A stretch of 63,934 bases of DNA from a virus (lineage: Duplodnaviria > Caudoviricetes), in the IMG/VR virus record IMGVR_UViG_3300048588_000315, positions 1-63,934 of that record; one strand, given 5' to 3'. The notes below the pieces were generated by a model. It saw nothing but the letters and a program-made list of their open reading frames with translations. It searched no databases and was not told the origin of the DNA. Position numbers and translations under genes: made by a program. Below are positions 17,992 through 28,545 of the stretch, in pieces (position 1 is the first letter of the stretch; every line of letters starts with the position of its first letter).

Positions 17992-18690
17992 TTATCTCCA
18001 CTTCCAGATATCAACGAGAGCGTAGATTTCCTGGACGCTCAGGTTAGACGCTCGCCCGCTGGCGTAGTTATGGCCCGCTGTCACGTTGTATTCCATCAGC
18101 TTCAGGTCTGTCTGCGCCGTGACAGTGATGACGCCAGCGCATTCCGAGATGTTCGTCGCCACGTTGCTCCCGCTCGCAGAGGCATCTCCTATGATGAGAT
18201 CCGTATCAGGAGTCCCATGTGCCACGATCTTCACCTTCTTGCTGATCGCGTACCCGACACTCCGGGCGCGAATGAAGTACTTCCCGGCTTGGATTCTCAT
18301 TCGGTTCGACGTGATCGACACTATACCGCCAGCGTCGGTGATCTCAGTATTCACTGGGCGCTGATACCATGTATTGTCGGTCGGCACGGCAGGATTCGTG
18401 TTCAGCGTAGCAGTGTGAGCGATCTGCGCGTACGACGGGCCGCTGGACATCGCGTTCCACACTCGGCCATCCGACACGTAGATGGTGACCGTCCCGCCAG
18501 AGATGACGAGGGCTGCACATGACGGGTACAGCGCGGCCGACGGCAGAGAGCCGACGAGCGTGTATGCTTTGATCGGGATCGGCGCTGCGATGAAGCCGAA
18601 CGCTGTGCTCAGTTCGGTGTTCAGCGCAGATTGCCATCCGCTCTGAGACATGTCGACGGAGTTGTGAGTAGGGTACGTTCTCTGTGCCAT
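17992..18690 (-). CDS. Tail fibre-associated protein (one copy of the same module)
   Basis: LPSAALYPSCAALV...VSDGRVW matches the modules in 16563-17990. Confidence 0.7.
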   Translation of the reverse strand: MAQRTYPTHNSVDMSQSGWQSALNTELSTAFGFIAAPIPIKAYTLVGSLPSAALYPSCAALVISGGTVTIYVSDGRVWNAMSSGPSYAQIAHTATLNTNPAVPTDNTWYQRPVNTEITDAGGIVSITSNRMRIQAGKYFIRARSVGYAISKKVKIVAHGTPDTDLIIGDASASGSNVATNISECAGVITVTAQTDLKLMEYNVTAGHNYASGRASNLSVQEIYALVDIWKWR

Positions 18691-18692
18691 GA

Positions 18693-21614
18693 TTAGACTT
18701 TCGTGATTACGATTCCTTCGCTTGGAGAAGAAAGAGATCCATCGAACTGATAGATCAACGCGAACAGACTCGACGGCTCGCTACCGAAGTCTGTGATGAC
18801 GTTGGCGTTCGTGTACGTATGCGTGACTGCTCCACCGGTCACGTCGATCGTACGCTTCAGCGTTCCGCCTTCTTCATCGTAGATTTCGATCCGGAAGAAG
18901 TCCTCGGGGTCTGGTTCACTGACGACCGGAGTTCCAGCCGGAAGCTCTCCAGCCGAACCGCCTCGGCCGATCTTGACGCGATAGTCCCATGTGAACACGA
19001 TGTCGTCGCTGGCCGAGTACACATTGAAGTCCAGTCCGTCATCGTTCGCACGGAAGTTATCCGGCTTCAGCGGGCGATTAAACCGTTCAATCAACTCTCC
19101 GTGGAACGCATTGACAGCGGATACGTCGGCTATCTCAGAAGAAGTGAACGGCTGAGTCTTCACATAGAGATCGGGTATGTTGTTCTTGTCGACCAGAACG
19201 TCGCGGATCGGGAACAGCTTGCCAATGTCTACAATGAACCCGACCGCTTCCGTCGCATGGCTCTCCTGCTCCGTATCGTATCTTGCCCTGATGAGGCCTT
19301 CCATCGCATACGTGCCGTCTCCATTTGGAGACACGGATTGCAGCAGGATGATCTCGTTGCCGATGAACAGAACTTGCCTGCCGCTTCGCCAAGTCGGTTC
19401 GTCACCACTGAGATCCTGTATCTCATCGACATCTCCGCCGTTCAGTGGCGAGAAGCTTGGACCTTCCTCGATGATCGTGTCCGTTCCAGAATCGAGAGCA
19501 GTCGTGAGCATGACAGCTACTGCCGTCGCATTCTGGAACCCGACCTGATAGTACGCTGAATCATCAACAGAGATGTGAACGACTGCTCCATCGATCTCTT
19601 CATTGGCTCTTGCTCGGAGAACGCCGATCGCAGCGACTGGCGTCATGCCGAAAGGAAGCTCTATGAACTTGAACGTCGTGTCGTTGACCGCTGGCTCAGC
19701 AGCTGTCGGGTCAGTCGGCACGAAAATGAACTGGGAGGGCTCGACGTCAAACGGCTCCGTGACACCTTGGATCTCCACCTTGCTCGTTTTAGAATCGCGC
19801 TTGACGGACAGAACTCTCATCGTGCCGAAGCCTGATCGGGCGATCAAGTCTCCGGGAATGGCCGTGATCATGCCTCTCGTGCCGGTGAACTTCACAGCGT
19901 TCGGCTTGCTCAACTCTTGCTGCATCCGGAACTCGGCGATCTTAGCAGCATTGTATGAGTCGATGACGTTCATCATGTTGACGCGATGGACACTGGGTCC
20001 GCCGCGCATGTCGGCAAGGGAGTCGTCACTCACTGCGTGATCAGTGTCTCTGAATCCGTTCGCCCTGTCCTTGTACACGAACACGATGTTGTCTGTCGTT
20101 GCTTCGGCGGTGAAGACTGTGACTTCCATGTCGGGCCCAACGATCAAGTCGTCGGTGAGAATCTTCACCTGTCCAGCTTCCGGCCTTCGATACGGATTCG
20201 CGTACAAGAGACCCGAGTTCATGACGATCGCTGTATTGCAATCGAGCAGCATTTCGGAGATGACTTTGGAAGCTTCCGATCCTTCGGTAGCTGCTGAGTT
20301 GAAGGCGAGAGTCTCGGTAGCGAACAGAGCCGCCAAGTCTTCGAACGAATCCTTGTCGAACTCTGCCTCCGCGATTCCGCATCCGTATGGATACGGGGAC
20401 GTGAGCACTTGCCAGAGAGCGTGCGCCGGATTGACTCCATCATCTTCCAGGACCGGAGTGTAGGTCACGCTCAGGTACATCGCATCGATGCGAGCCGAAG
20501 AAGCTGAAGAGGTTCCGTCGTACTCGATCTTCACTCGAACAGCGTTTATCTCGGCATACGTAGCAGGGAACAGCGACGCGTCTGAGCTGACATTGAAGGT
20601 CAGCGCCACCCATCCGTCTTCGCCAGATGAGACCGTCTGCGCGTTCGTATACGTGCTACCGATTTTCAGCTTGACAGTGTAAGAGCCGCCACCGATCGTG
20701 ACAGTGTGGATCTTCACTACTATCTGGGACACTTCATCTACGCTCTTCAAAGCGGAGAACAGGAATTCTGCATCCGCTCCTGGAACACCGGAGGTGAACA
20801 GATAGTCAGCATCGCTGGGATCGGACGGATCTTCAACCTCATCATCGATCCTGCTGTACGCTGCTGAGTTGTAAGGCTTCCAGTCAGACGAGATGTCATC
20901 AGCAGGGCGAAGGATCGCGCTGACAGCAGCCCCGACTGAAGCGGATATCCATCCATCGGCATCGACCAGAGAGGACTGCTCTTCTGCGACTATGTCGTAC
21001 GAAAGCGTCGGCCAAGTCGGCTGTCCGCCGAGCGCTTTGCCGATCCACAGAACGTAGGCGATCTTCGGCCAGCGACTAGCTACGCCGATGAACTCCGCAA
21101 GATCATCGTCAACCGGCTGATCATCCTCTCCCCAGTAGATCTTGAAAGAGCCGTGCTTCTTCACAACGACCGTCGTTCCACTGGGAGATGTCGACGGATC
21201 GAGATACGTGCCGATTGGATCATCGGCATTAGGCCAGATCTGCTTTCCAGCTTGCATGATCCTGTCCAGTCTGGACAGAGGCCCGACGGCGAGAACATGC
21301 CAAGCCGATTCTCGGTACGTCGTGGTCTCGGCGCCTCCGCCTCCGCCTCCGCCTTTCCCGCCTCCGCCTCCGCTCTTCTTCACCTTCCGGTCTCCGACCC
21401 ATGCGAAGACCGGAGCGACTCTTCTTCGGCCGATGATCAGAGGAACGAACGATCCTCTCTGCGTGAGAGGATTGGACTCTTCCGGCAACGGAGCTTCCGT
21501 CTTACGACGAAGCATAGACGCTGTGATCAAGGATGCACCGAGGGACAAGATCCCGCCGAGCGCGATCAATCCCAGAGTGCCGATGGTAGCTAGTGTGATC
21601 ATCACGATCTCCAA
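18693..21614 (-). CDS. Central tail tip / host-specificity protein
   Basis: 973 aa after NlpC/P60; VPLIIGRRRV, NPAH, GLIRARYDT motifs typical of tail-tip proteins. Confidence 0.8.
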   Translation of the reverse strand: MEIVMITLATIGTLGLIALGGILSLGASLITASMLRRKTEAPLPEESNPLTQRGSFVPLIIGRRRVAPVFAWVGDRKVKKSGGGGGKGGGGGGGAETTTYRESAWHVLAVGPLSRLDRIMQAGKQIWPNADDPIGTYLDPSTSPSGTTVVVKKHGSFKIYWGEDDQPVDDDLAEFIGVASRWPKIAYVLWIGKALGGQPTWPTLSYDIVAEEQSSLVDADGWISASVGAAVSAILRPADDISSDWKPYNSAAYSRIDDEVEDPSDPSDADYLFTSGVPGADAEFLFSALKSVDEVSQIVVKIHTVTIGGGSYTVKLKIGSTYTNAQTVSSGEDGWVALTFNVSSDASLFPATYAEINAVRVKIEYDGTSSASSARIDAMYLSVTYTPVLEDDGVNPAHALWQVLTSPYPYGCGIAEAEFDKDSFEDLAALFATETLAFNSAATEGSEASKVISEMLLDCNTAIVMNSGLLYANPYRRPEAGQVKILTDDLIVGPDMEVTVFTAEATTDNIVFVYKDRANGFRDTDHAVSDDSLADMRGGPSVHRVNMMNVIDSYNAAKIAEFRMQQELSKPNAVKFTGTRGMITAIPGDLIARSGFGTMRVLSVKRDSKTSKVEIQGVTEPFDVEPSQFIFVPTDPTAAEPAVNDTTFKFIELPFGMTPVAAIGVLRARANEEIDGAVVHISVDDSAYYQVGFQNATAVAVMLTTALDSGTDTIIEEGPSFSPLNGGDVDEIQDLSGDEPTWRSGRQVLFIGNEIILLQSVSPNGDGTYAMEGLIRARYDTEQESHATEAVGFIVDIGKLFPIRDVLVDKNNIPDLYVKTQPFTSSEIADVSAVNAFHGELIERFNRPLKPDNFRANDDGLDFNVYSASDDIVFTWDYRVKIGRGGSAGELPAGTPVVSEPDPEDFFRIEIYDEEGGTLKRTIDVTGGAVTHTYTNANVITDFGSEPSSLFALIYQFDGSLSSPSEGIVITKV

Positions 21615-22123
21615 CTATCTTTTACACAAGACCGATACACTGCTTCTACGATGCCGAGAGAATGCGCTGACGCTTTGCACACTCCGATTCCTTCTTGCGC
21701 ATGCCAGAACGTCCAGGCATCCCATCCAGCGATCGCAACGTGTCCGGGCCCGCGACCGATCCGGCACACGACGATGTCTCCGTACTGGAGATCCTTATGA
21801 ACTCTCCTCATAGGCCAAGCTCTCCGCATGATCGCCACAGTCTGGATAGCTGCGGAGCGATTGTGCATCGCAGTGGACGGATGCAACCGAGGAGAACACG
21901 TTCGCGTTCCGTGAAGCTGATCCATGACAGCTACCACGAATCGGATGCAGTCAACTCCTCCGCGCCTCCCGAGCTTCGCTCCTCCGGCGAAGTAAGGAGT
22001 TCCGATCCATGGAGCGACGGCCCGCTGAAGAGCTATTCGGGGCTCTCGTACAGAGGATTGTAGCTCGGCATCTTCAAACCAATCCCAGCAAACCGCTCTT
22101 CGTTGTCCCATTGTTCGCGGCAT
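21602..22123 (-). CDS. NlpC/P60 tail-associated peptidase
   Basis: WIGTPY...GVDC...GHVAI..HA catalytic motifs; start uncertain. Confidence 0.85.
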   Translation of the reverse strand: MPRTMGQRRAVCWDWFEDAELQSSVREPRIALQRAVAPWIGTPYFAGGAKLGRRGGVDCIRFVVAVMDQLHGTRTCSPRLHPSTAMHNRSAAIQTVAIMRRAWPMRRVHKDLQYGDIVVCRIGRGPGHVAIAGWDAWTFWHAQEGIGVCKASAHSLGIVEAVYRSCVKDSWRS

Positions 22124-22845
22124 GTCTCAAGCGCCTTATCACATCCTGGAGTCAGCTCTGCCTCTTCATTCAGCCACGAGGCCGGAGGAGCTTTGATCAG
22201 ATCGAGAGTCGTCCCAGAAGCATGGGTCCTTATGAGAAGTCGCACGCCATCCCGCTCTATCCATCCACGATGCCAATAGGCGGATGAAGTGGTTATGCCG
22301 GATACGATGATCGTCGATCCTGATATGGAAGTCACTGTGCCGGTCTCTTTCAACGCATCAGTATCGACTTGACAGTTCGCATCACCGAAAGTCCAAGCGC
22401 ATGATCCGGTAGCGATGATCCCTAGTGGGATATTCGCTTTCGCTTTATGGCTCGCGAACGTCATGCGAACCAGATCGCTTCTCCCCTGCGATCGCGAGAC
22501 AGACTTCATCAAGAACCCGCGGAACACTTGTCGCCATGTTCCTGCTATGTCGGCAGGGTCGCACTCTCCTACGACCACAGAGACCGGAGCATGCGGATCT
22601 CCGGTGAGCATCGTGTTAGCTGGCGCGTATCCTTTCCACATTGTGATATCGATCGGCGCATCCTTGATTGACCCGTCAAACGCTTTGAAGTCCACTTCAA
22701 TTCTTGGAGCAGCAGTGTATAGAAGGCTGTCCACAGTCACGCTGTCAGTGTGAACAGCGAGCCGAGAAGTGTCACTTCCCCATGAGAAGGCTAGTGTCAT
22801 CACATAGCGAGACGATGCCACAGTGTCCAGAGTGTTTTCAGCCAT
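22033..22845 (-). CDS. DUF2163/BR0599-like tail hub protein
   Basis: CAWTFGDANC and PGCDKALETC..W.N..RFAG cysteine motifs. Confidence 0.85.
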   Translation of the reverse strand: MAENTLDTVASSRYVMTLAFSWGSDTSRLAVHTDSVTVDSLLYTAAPRIEVDFKAFDGSIKDAPIDITMWKGYAPANTMLTGDPHAPVSVVVGECDPADIAGTWRQVFRGFLMKSVSRSQGRSDLVRMTFASHKAKANIPLGIIATGSCAWTFGDANCQVDTDALKETGTVTSISGSTIIVSGITTSSAYWHRGWIERDGVRLLIRTHASGTTLDLIKAPPASWLNEEAELTPGCDKALETCREQWDNEERFAGIGLKMPSYNPLYESPE

Positions 22846-24128
22846 TAGACAAGTCCGATTTCTACTTCGCCATCATTCAGCACTTGAACGATGGAGAAGT
22901 TCATGCTGACCGCGTTATCCGTCAACCATTCTTCCTGAAGCTCATCTGAGTCAAACCGGCTGAGCGCAGCGGGCCCGACATGTGATACATGAGACGGCAC
23001 GGAGATGGATTCTGCGAGGGCCAGCGTGTCCACCCCATCCGTAGTGCTGACTGAATCTACCTCAGCGATCTGCAGTCCGTCTTCGCCTCTAACATACACG
23101 TGTCCGAGCCATGACCAATCACACGTCTGCTCCGTGGACTCGAAGTCTATCTCGTCTTCTCGAACTTCGATGAGCGAGCCAAGCCGATACGGATACGCGA
23201 ACCAAAATGGAAACGCGCGGCCCGCGCGGCTGTCCCAGAACTTCAGCGTTCTCATGGCCTCGGTGCGGTCAAGGTTGAGAACGTTGATCTCGCAGGCCAG
23301 ACGCGCTTTCGGGCCGAGAGCATCTAGCACGTACCCGAACCCGAGATCGGAGGTCTCGCCATCACGCATGATCGCTAACGTGGGGCCATTGGACCAGTTG
23401 ATGGTCGGGCTGAATATCGGATGGTCTTCGTACTCATCTTCGCCAGATGGAGTTGTTCCGGCAGTGATCAATGGATCGAGAGCGACAACCCCGACATCTT
23501 CCAACGCTTGCATCGTGCCGCTGACGAACGATCTAGTTCTCAGTGCTCCAGAACCATTCAACAAGAGGCGGCTCTCCATCAGCGGCATCGCGCGAACAGT
23601 TCCAGAGACAGCTGCTCCAACGAACGTATTCGCAGTTGTCCCATCCACCGTTATGGTTGATCCACTGATGGACTCGATGTACGTGACGATGAAGCTTCCG
23701 GCACGGGAAGGAGTCGGCGTGTGAAGGAGAACCCATCCGTACTGATGAAAGCGAAAGTCGGCCGCTGGTCTGCTAAGCGTGAGAACGGAGTCTCCAGATG
23801 AAGTCGTTGATCCAGTCACATGGGCACGATCGCAGTACAGAGGAGTCAGCGTCCGTGCCGTAGATCGCCTGATCAGCTGATGAAGGAAGAATCCGGGAGT
23901 CTCTGTGCTCTCTACCAGCCGAAAATCCACCGACCGATACGGTTTTCCGATCAGCGCTCGGCGCTTCTCTGACGACGATCTGGCTCCAACGATGTCCGTC
24001 AGCCATGAAGACCGCACGATCAGGCGCTCGCTCCAGTCGTGCGATGCGAAAGAAGACGGACACCACAGATCCGAAGGAACCGTCGGCAGTGAATTAGCAG
24101 CAACTAAGGTAGATCGTGCTATGGTCAT
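22845..24128 (-). CDS. Distal tail-like protein
   Basis: 427 aa between tape measure and hub genes; FWDSRAGRAFPFW motif. Confidence 0.7.
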   Translation of the reverse strand: MTIARSTLVAANSLPTVPSDLWCPSSFASHDWSERLIVRSSWLTDIVGARSSSEKRRALIGKPYRSVDFRLVESTETPGFFLHQLIRRSTARTLTPLYCDRAHVTGSTTSSGDSVLTLSRPAADFRFHQYGWVLLHTPTPSRAGSFIVTYIESISGSTITVDGTTANTFVGAAVSGTVRAMPLMESRLLLNGSGALRTRSFVSGTMQALEDVGVVALDPLITAGTTPSGEDEYEDHPIFSPTINWSNGPTLAIMRDGETSDLGFGYVLDALGPKARLACEINVLNLDRTEAMRTLKFWDSRAGRAFPFWFAYPYRLGSLIEVREDEIDFESTEQTCDWSWLGHVYVRGEDGLQIAEVDSVSTTDGVDTLALAESISVPSHVSHVGPAALSRFDSDELQEEWLTDNAVSMNFSIVQVLNDGEVEIGLV

Positions 24129-25097
24129 TTCTGTCCTTCCTGTCCGCTGGCCCCGACCATTACAGAGTCCGGGTCGCGCCTAGACCGCATACTGGCCCGA
24201 CCCGGACGCTGTAGTAGCCCTGCCGCTGGCCCTGCCGCTGGCGGTCTTTCCAAGGCGGAGCCCTGCCGCCCTGCCGCTCTTTCCAAGGCGGAGCCCTGCC
24301 GCCCTGCCGCTCTTTCCAAGGCGGAGCCCTGCTCCGAGGGCCAGTTTTCCAAGGCGGAGCCCCATTCAGAGGGCCAGTTTTCCAAGGCGGAGCCCCATTC
24401 AGAGGGCCAGTTTTCCAAGGCGGAGCCCCATTCAGAGGGCCAGTTTTCCAAGGCGGAGCCCTGCTCCGAGGGCCAATTTTCCAAGGCGGGAGCCCGCTCA
24501 GAGGGCCCATTTTCCAAGGCGGAGCCCTGCCGCTGGCCCTGCCGCTGGCCCTGCCGCTGGCCCTGCCGCTGGCCCTGCCGCCCTGCCGCCCTGCCGCTGG
24601 CCCTGCCGCTGGCGTATCCGTCCGCTGGAGCGTTTCAGCCGCTATACCCTGCCGCTGTGCCCTGCCGCCCTGCCGCCCTGCCGCTGGCCCTGCCGCTGGC
24701 CCTGCCGCTGGCCCTGCCGCTGGCGCTGGCCCTGCCGCCCTGCCGCTGGCGGTCTTTCCAAGGCGGAGCCCCATTCGGAGGGCCCAATTTCCAAGGCGGG
24801 AGCCCGCTCCGAGGGCCCGATTTCCAAGGCGGGAGCCCGCTCCGAGGGCCCGATTTCCAAGGCGGGAGCCCGCTCCGAGGGCCCGATTTCCAAGGTGGGA
24901 GCCCGCTCCGAGGGCCCAATTTCCAAGGCGGGAGCCCGCTCCGAGGGCCCGATTTCCAAGGTGGGAGCCCGCTCCGAGGGCCCAATTTCCAAGGTGGGAG
25001 CCCGCTCCGAGGGCCCAATTTCCAAGGCGGGAGCCCGCTCCGAGGGCCCAATTTCCAAGGCGGGAGCCCGCTCCGAGGGCCCAATTTCCAAGGCGGA
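24126..25097. repeat. Composite repeat element, copy 1 (hairpin/RBS module + 9x33 bp + 8/12-bp microsatellite + 11x33 bp)
   Basis: TTTCCAAGG heads every 33 bp at 24247-24511 and 24755-25085; about 110 bp unique module shared with 54701-54810. Confidence 0.95.
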
Positions 25098-25104
25098 TAG
25101 CTGC

Positions 25105-28100
25105 TCAGCGCTGGCCGAGCACAGCGGAGAGCTGAGACGCATGTTCCTCCATCCAGCGCATCATGGAATTTGTTCCGCCGGACAGCAGTCGCTCAAGCGA
25201 CTGCTCATCGGGCACGACGAATGCGACAGCAGGAGAGCCGGAAGACCCTGTCCCGTAAGCACGACCGCCATCGGCAAACCCGTTTCCTAGAACGGCCGAA
25301 GAGCTCGTGCCGAACGGCAGAAGCATGGATCTCGGGATGAGCCTGTTGTTCAGCGCACTCATGATCGCATCACCGTAGTAGCGAGAAGCATCGCGCCGAA
25401 TGACCCATTCATTCGGCATCAACATCGCCGGGATAACGTCACGACGAACGTCTGGTCCAGGGACCGGACCGCCAGATGCCAGACCCATCCCAGATCCGAA
25501 CGCTCCTCCTGCTCCGGGTATGATCCCCGCTCCTCCTGCTCCACCGGAGAATGCGCCGATCGCGGCCGAGATGGCGCGGAACACGAGCATCTTGATGATC
25601 ATGGAAGCCAGATCCGACAGAAGCGAGGCAGCGAACTGCTTGAAAGCTGTCTTCGCATTCGCCGATCCGCTGATGATCGACTGGAAGAAGTTCTCAATTC
25701 CACCAGTGAGAGAAGACCCGACTGTCTCGCCGAGCCGTGTTCCAGCGACGGCGAGATCATCGAAGTCATCCACAGCTTGCCGCAATCCAGTGGAGAAGCC
25801 GGTGGAGAAAGTTCCCTTCACCTTGTCTTGGACGGACCTCAGGACTTCATCGATCTCAAGCAGCTTCAGCTTCAGTTCCGGAGACAGATCATCTCCTTCG
25901 AGAAGAAGCTTCAACGCTTCCTTCGCCTCGACTGCCGCATCTCTGGTCCGCAGAACAGCTGCTTTCGCTCTCTCTTGGGATTCGGTAAAGGTGATGACGC
26001 CAGAATCGTACAAGTCTTTTGCCTCTTGCACAGCTTCGGCTGTCTTCGACCTCTGCTCGTTCAGCCCAGAGATCACATCTTCGGCCAGCCGCCGGCGCGC
26101 ATCGAGAGTGGACTTCTCGAGATCGGCGATGAACTTATTCACCTCCTCCGTTCTGTTCTTCAGATCGTTTGCGAACTCTGGATCGGCAAGGAGGGAAGAC
26201 AGCAGTCCTTTCGCTTTCTGCGCCTCTTCCTTCGCAGCAGCTATGGTCGCGTCCAAGCGAGCGTCGGCCACAGAAGCAGTGATGGCTCTGACCGAAGACA
26301 GCTGCTGGACCTTCTCAATCGTGTCCGAAATCTTCTCGGACTGCTTGTTGAGATCAGAAATCACCTCTCGGCCCAGCGATCGACGGGCCTCCACCAGAGC
26401 TTGATCAGTGGCGAGGACTTGTGTAGCTATCTCCTGCTCCTGCCTTCTCAGTTGGATCAGTTGCTCAAGCTGAAGTCGAACGTCGACGAATCCTTCCTTG
26501 CCCTCCTTCATCTGCCGGATCTGATCTTCGACCAGCTTTATCTGCTCGCGTGTGCTCGCCAGAATCGGTTCCACTCCAGCGAGTTCCAGCTCTCGGCGCT
26601 GTTTCAGGTACTCTTCAAACGAGATCAGCCTTGCGTCGAGAGAGCTATCCAGTGCCTTCAACTTGATCTCGGCATCGGATCGAATCGCTGCTTCATTCCT
26701 GCGAGCGATGAGGTTCGCGAGAGACTCTTCCAGCCGCGCTTGCTCCCTGATGGCCCGGGAGAGATCCTCTTTCTTCTCCTTTTGGTTTTCCCGGAACTTG
26801 TCTATGTCAGCCTTCTGTCTGGCTGCATCCCGCGCAGCGAGCCGAGCCGCCAGTGCTTTCTCCTCATTGTCGATCTCGATCATCGTGTTCTTGAACGCTG
26901 CTTTGCCCTCTTCCAGCGCAATCGTAAACGAGTTCTTCACGCTGGAGAAGGACTGCGAGATATCCTTCTCTGCCTGCTTCGCGTTAGCTACTGCCGCCTT
27001 GAATCCCTCGTTCGTATCGGCCGACAAGGAAGTCCTGACAGCGTTCGCAGTCTCCACTGAGACGCCTGGAATCTTCGCCAGGAAATCGGCAACGAGACCC
27101 GTGACAGTGTCAATCACTCCGCGAATCGCGAACTCGATAACGTTCACGATGTACTTGACTACATTGGCAACGATGCGAAGGATCTCCAGCCCTGATGTAC
27201 CGACTACACTGCCGAGACCGATAATGAAGTTGGCGACCGGCTCGAACAGATACCCTCTCAAGTAGAGATAGACTTGCTTCGCCTTCGTAAGGATGATATC
27301 AAACAGATCCGAGAAGTCTATGGATCCAGTTGAGAGAGCCTTCGCTATGTCCTTCACTGAACCAGAAACAGTAGCGAACGCTCCTTCGATGCCCTCAACT
27401 TTCTCTTTCGTGCCGTCGAGAGACGTATTGATGTCCCCAATGCCGGAGTTCGTGTCCGCTACGGTCTCGTAGATCGCCTTGATTCCGGCACCGATGAGAT
27501 AGATGCCTGCTGTGATAGCAGCTACCTTCGTCGCGAAGATGAGGAACGGATAGAGGAACATCGACAGCTTGATGCCGCCGATGACGAGACCGAGCTTCAC
27601 GAAGAACGGAATCAGCTTGGAGAGTCCTTCGATGGTTCCTTCGATGGCCCTGAAGACCACTCGCCCGAACGTGCCGTCCATGGAACGAGACAGCTGATCA
27701 ACAGCGCTCGTCAGTCCTTTGAACACAAGCTCCTTGATCCGGACGAACTTGAATCCTTGAACTTCCGCAGCGTCGCCCAGAGCGTTGACAGCTTGTGTAG
27801 CTCGGCCGAACGGAGTAGCTGCGACCGCCCTGCCGACGCCAGAGAACTTCTCTGAGAGAAGATCCAGTCCGTTAGCTGCGAGGCGGCCGGACTCTTCCAG
27901 ATCCCGTAGCTCCGGCACGAGACGAGCCAGAAGTCCGGCTCGTCCCTGCTCGAACTGAGCGATGGACTTCGCAACGGATTCCATCGGCTGATCGAGCGCT
28001 GTAGCAGTGTCCACCGTTGCGCGCATCGCCTTCTCTAGCTTATTGGCGGACACGCCAGCGTTCACCAGAAGTGCAGCGATCTCGATCATCTCCTCGTCGC

Positions 28101-28545
28101 CGCGGATCGTCAAGTTCTGGATATCGGTGGCGACGATCTTGATCCGTTCGAGCTCGGTTCTGCTTCCTTTCAACGCTTGAAGAAGCCTCTGTTCGGCGTT
28201 CACCTGCCGTTCCGCAGCTGCGATGGCTCCCTTGAATGCGGCCGCGCTGGCGACTACGGCAACGAGACCGGCGAACTGCCTCGTCAACGGAGTCAGTTTG
28301 TTGCTGAGATTCCCCGCCTCATTCTTCAGCCCGCGGAATCCGCCGAGAACGCTGGCGAAAGATCGCCCAACTGCCGCCATCTGCACGTTGCCGAGCGCGG
28401 CGAGCCTGACGCCGAGAGGAACTACCTTCGCACTGAGAGCAGTCACTCTCGCTTCGATCGAAGCGAACAATCGAGCGAAGCCTGACATCGGCTTCGTCAA
28501 GCGATCATCGATTGTCGCTACTATGGATACAGTTTCCTCAGCCAT
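25105..28545 (-). CDS. Tape measure protein
   Basis: 1146 aa helical Ala-rich protein with hydrophobic segments; C-terminal ASGG.V.GP....D.IPAML...EWV motif. Confidence 0.92.
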   Translation of the reverse strand: MAEETVSIVATIDDRLTKPMSGFARLFASIEARVTALSAKVVPLGVRLAALGNVQMAAVGRSFASVLGGFRGLKNEAGNLSNKLTPLTRQFAGLVAVVASAAAFKGAIAAAERQVNAEQRLLQALKGSRTELERIKIVATDIQNLTIRGDEEMIEIAALLVNAGVSANKLEKAMRATVDTATALDQPMESVAKSIAQFEQGRAGLLARLVPELRDLEESGRLAANGLDLLSEKFSGVGRAVAATPFGRATQAVNALGDAAEVQGFKFVRIKELVFKGLTSAVDQLSRSMDGTFGRVVFRAIEGTIEGLSKLIPFFVKLGLVIGGIKLSMFLYPFLIFATKVAAITAGIYLIGAGIKAIYETVADTNSGIGDINTSLDGTKEKVEGIEGAFATVSGSVKDIAKALSTGSIDFSDLFDIILTKAKQVYLYLRGYLFEPVANFIIGLGSVVGTSGLEILRIVANVVKYIVNVIEFAIRGVIDTVTGLVADFLAKIPGVSVETANAVRTSLSADTNEGFKAAVANAKQAEKDISQSFSSVKNSFTIALEEGKAAFKNTMIEIDNEEKALAARLAARDAARQKADIDKFRENQKEKKEDLSRAIREQARLEESLANLIARRNEAAIRSDAEIKLKALDSSLDARLISFEEYLKQRRELELAGVEPILASTREQIKLVEDQIRQMKEGKEGFVDVRLQLEQLIQLRRQEQEIATQVLATDQALVEARRSLGREVISDLNKQSEKISDTIEKVQQLSSVRAITASVADARLDATIAAAKEEAQKAKGLLSSLLADPEFANDLKNRTEEVNKFIADLEKSTLDARRRLAEDVISGLNEQRSKTAEAVQEAKDLYDSGVITFTESQERAKAAVLRTRDAAVEAKEALKLLLEGDDLSPELKLKLLEIDEVLRSVQDKVKGTFSTGFSTGLRQAVDDFDDLAVAGTRLGETVGSSLTGGIENFFQSIISGSANAKTAFKQFAASLLSDLASMIIKMLVFRAISAAIGAFSGGAGGAGIIPGAGGAFGSGMGLASGGPVPGPDVRRDVIPAMLMPNEWVIRRDASRYYGDAIMSALNNRLIPRSMLLPFGTSSSAVLGNGFADGGRAYGTGSSGSPAVAFVVPDEQSLERLLSGGTNSMMRWMEEHASQLSAVLGQR

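Noticed and set aside
24247-25097. CRISPR array interpretation of the 33-bp repeats (also 54811-55481)
   Set aside because: The variable parts are only about 15 nt, recur as a few related types rather than unique spacers, and no cas genes are present.
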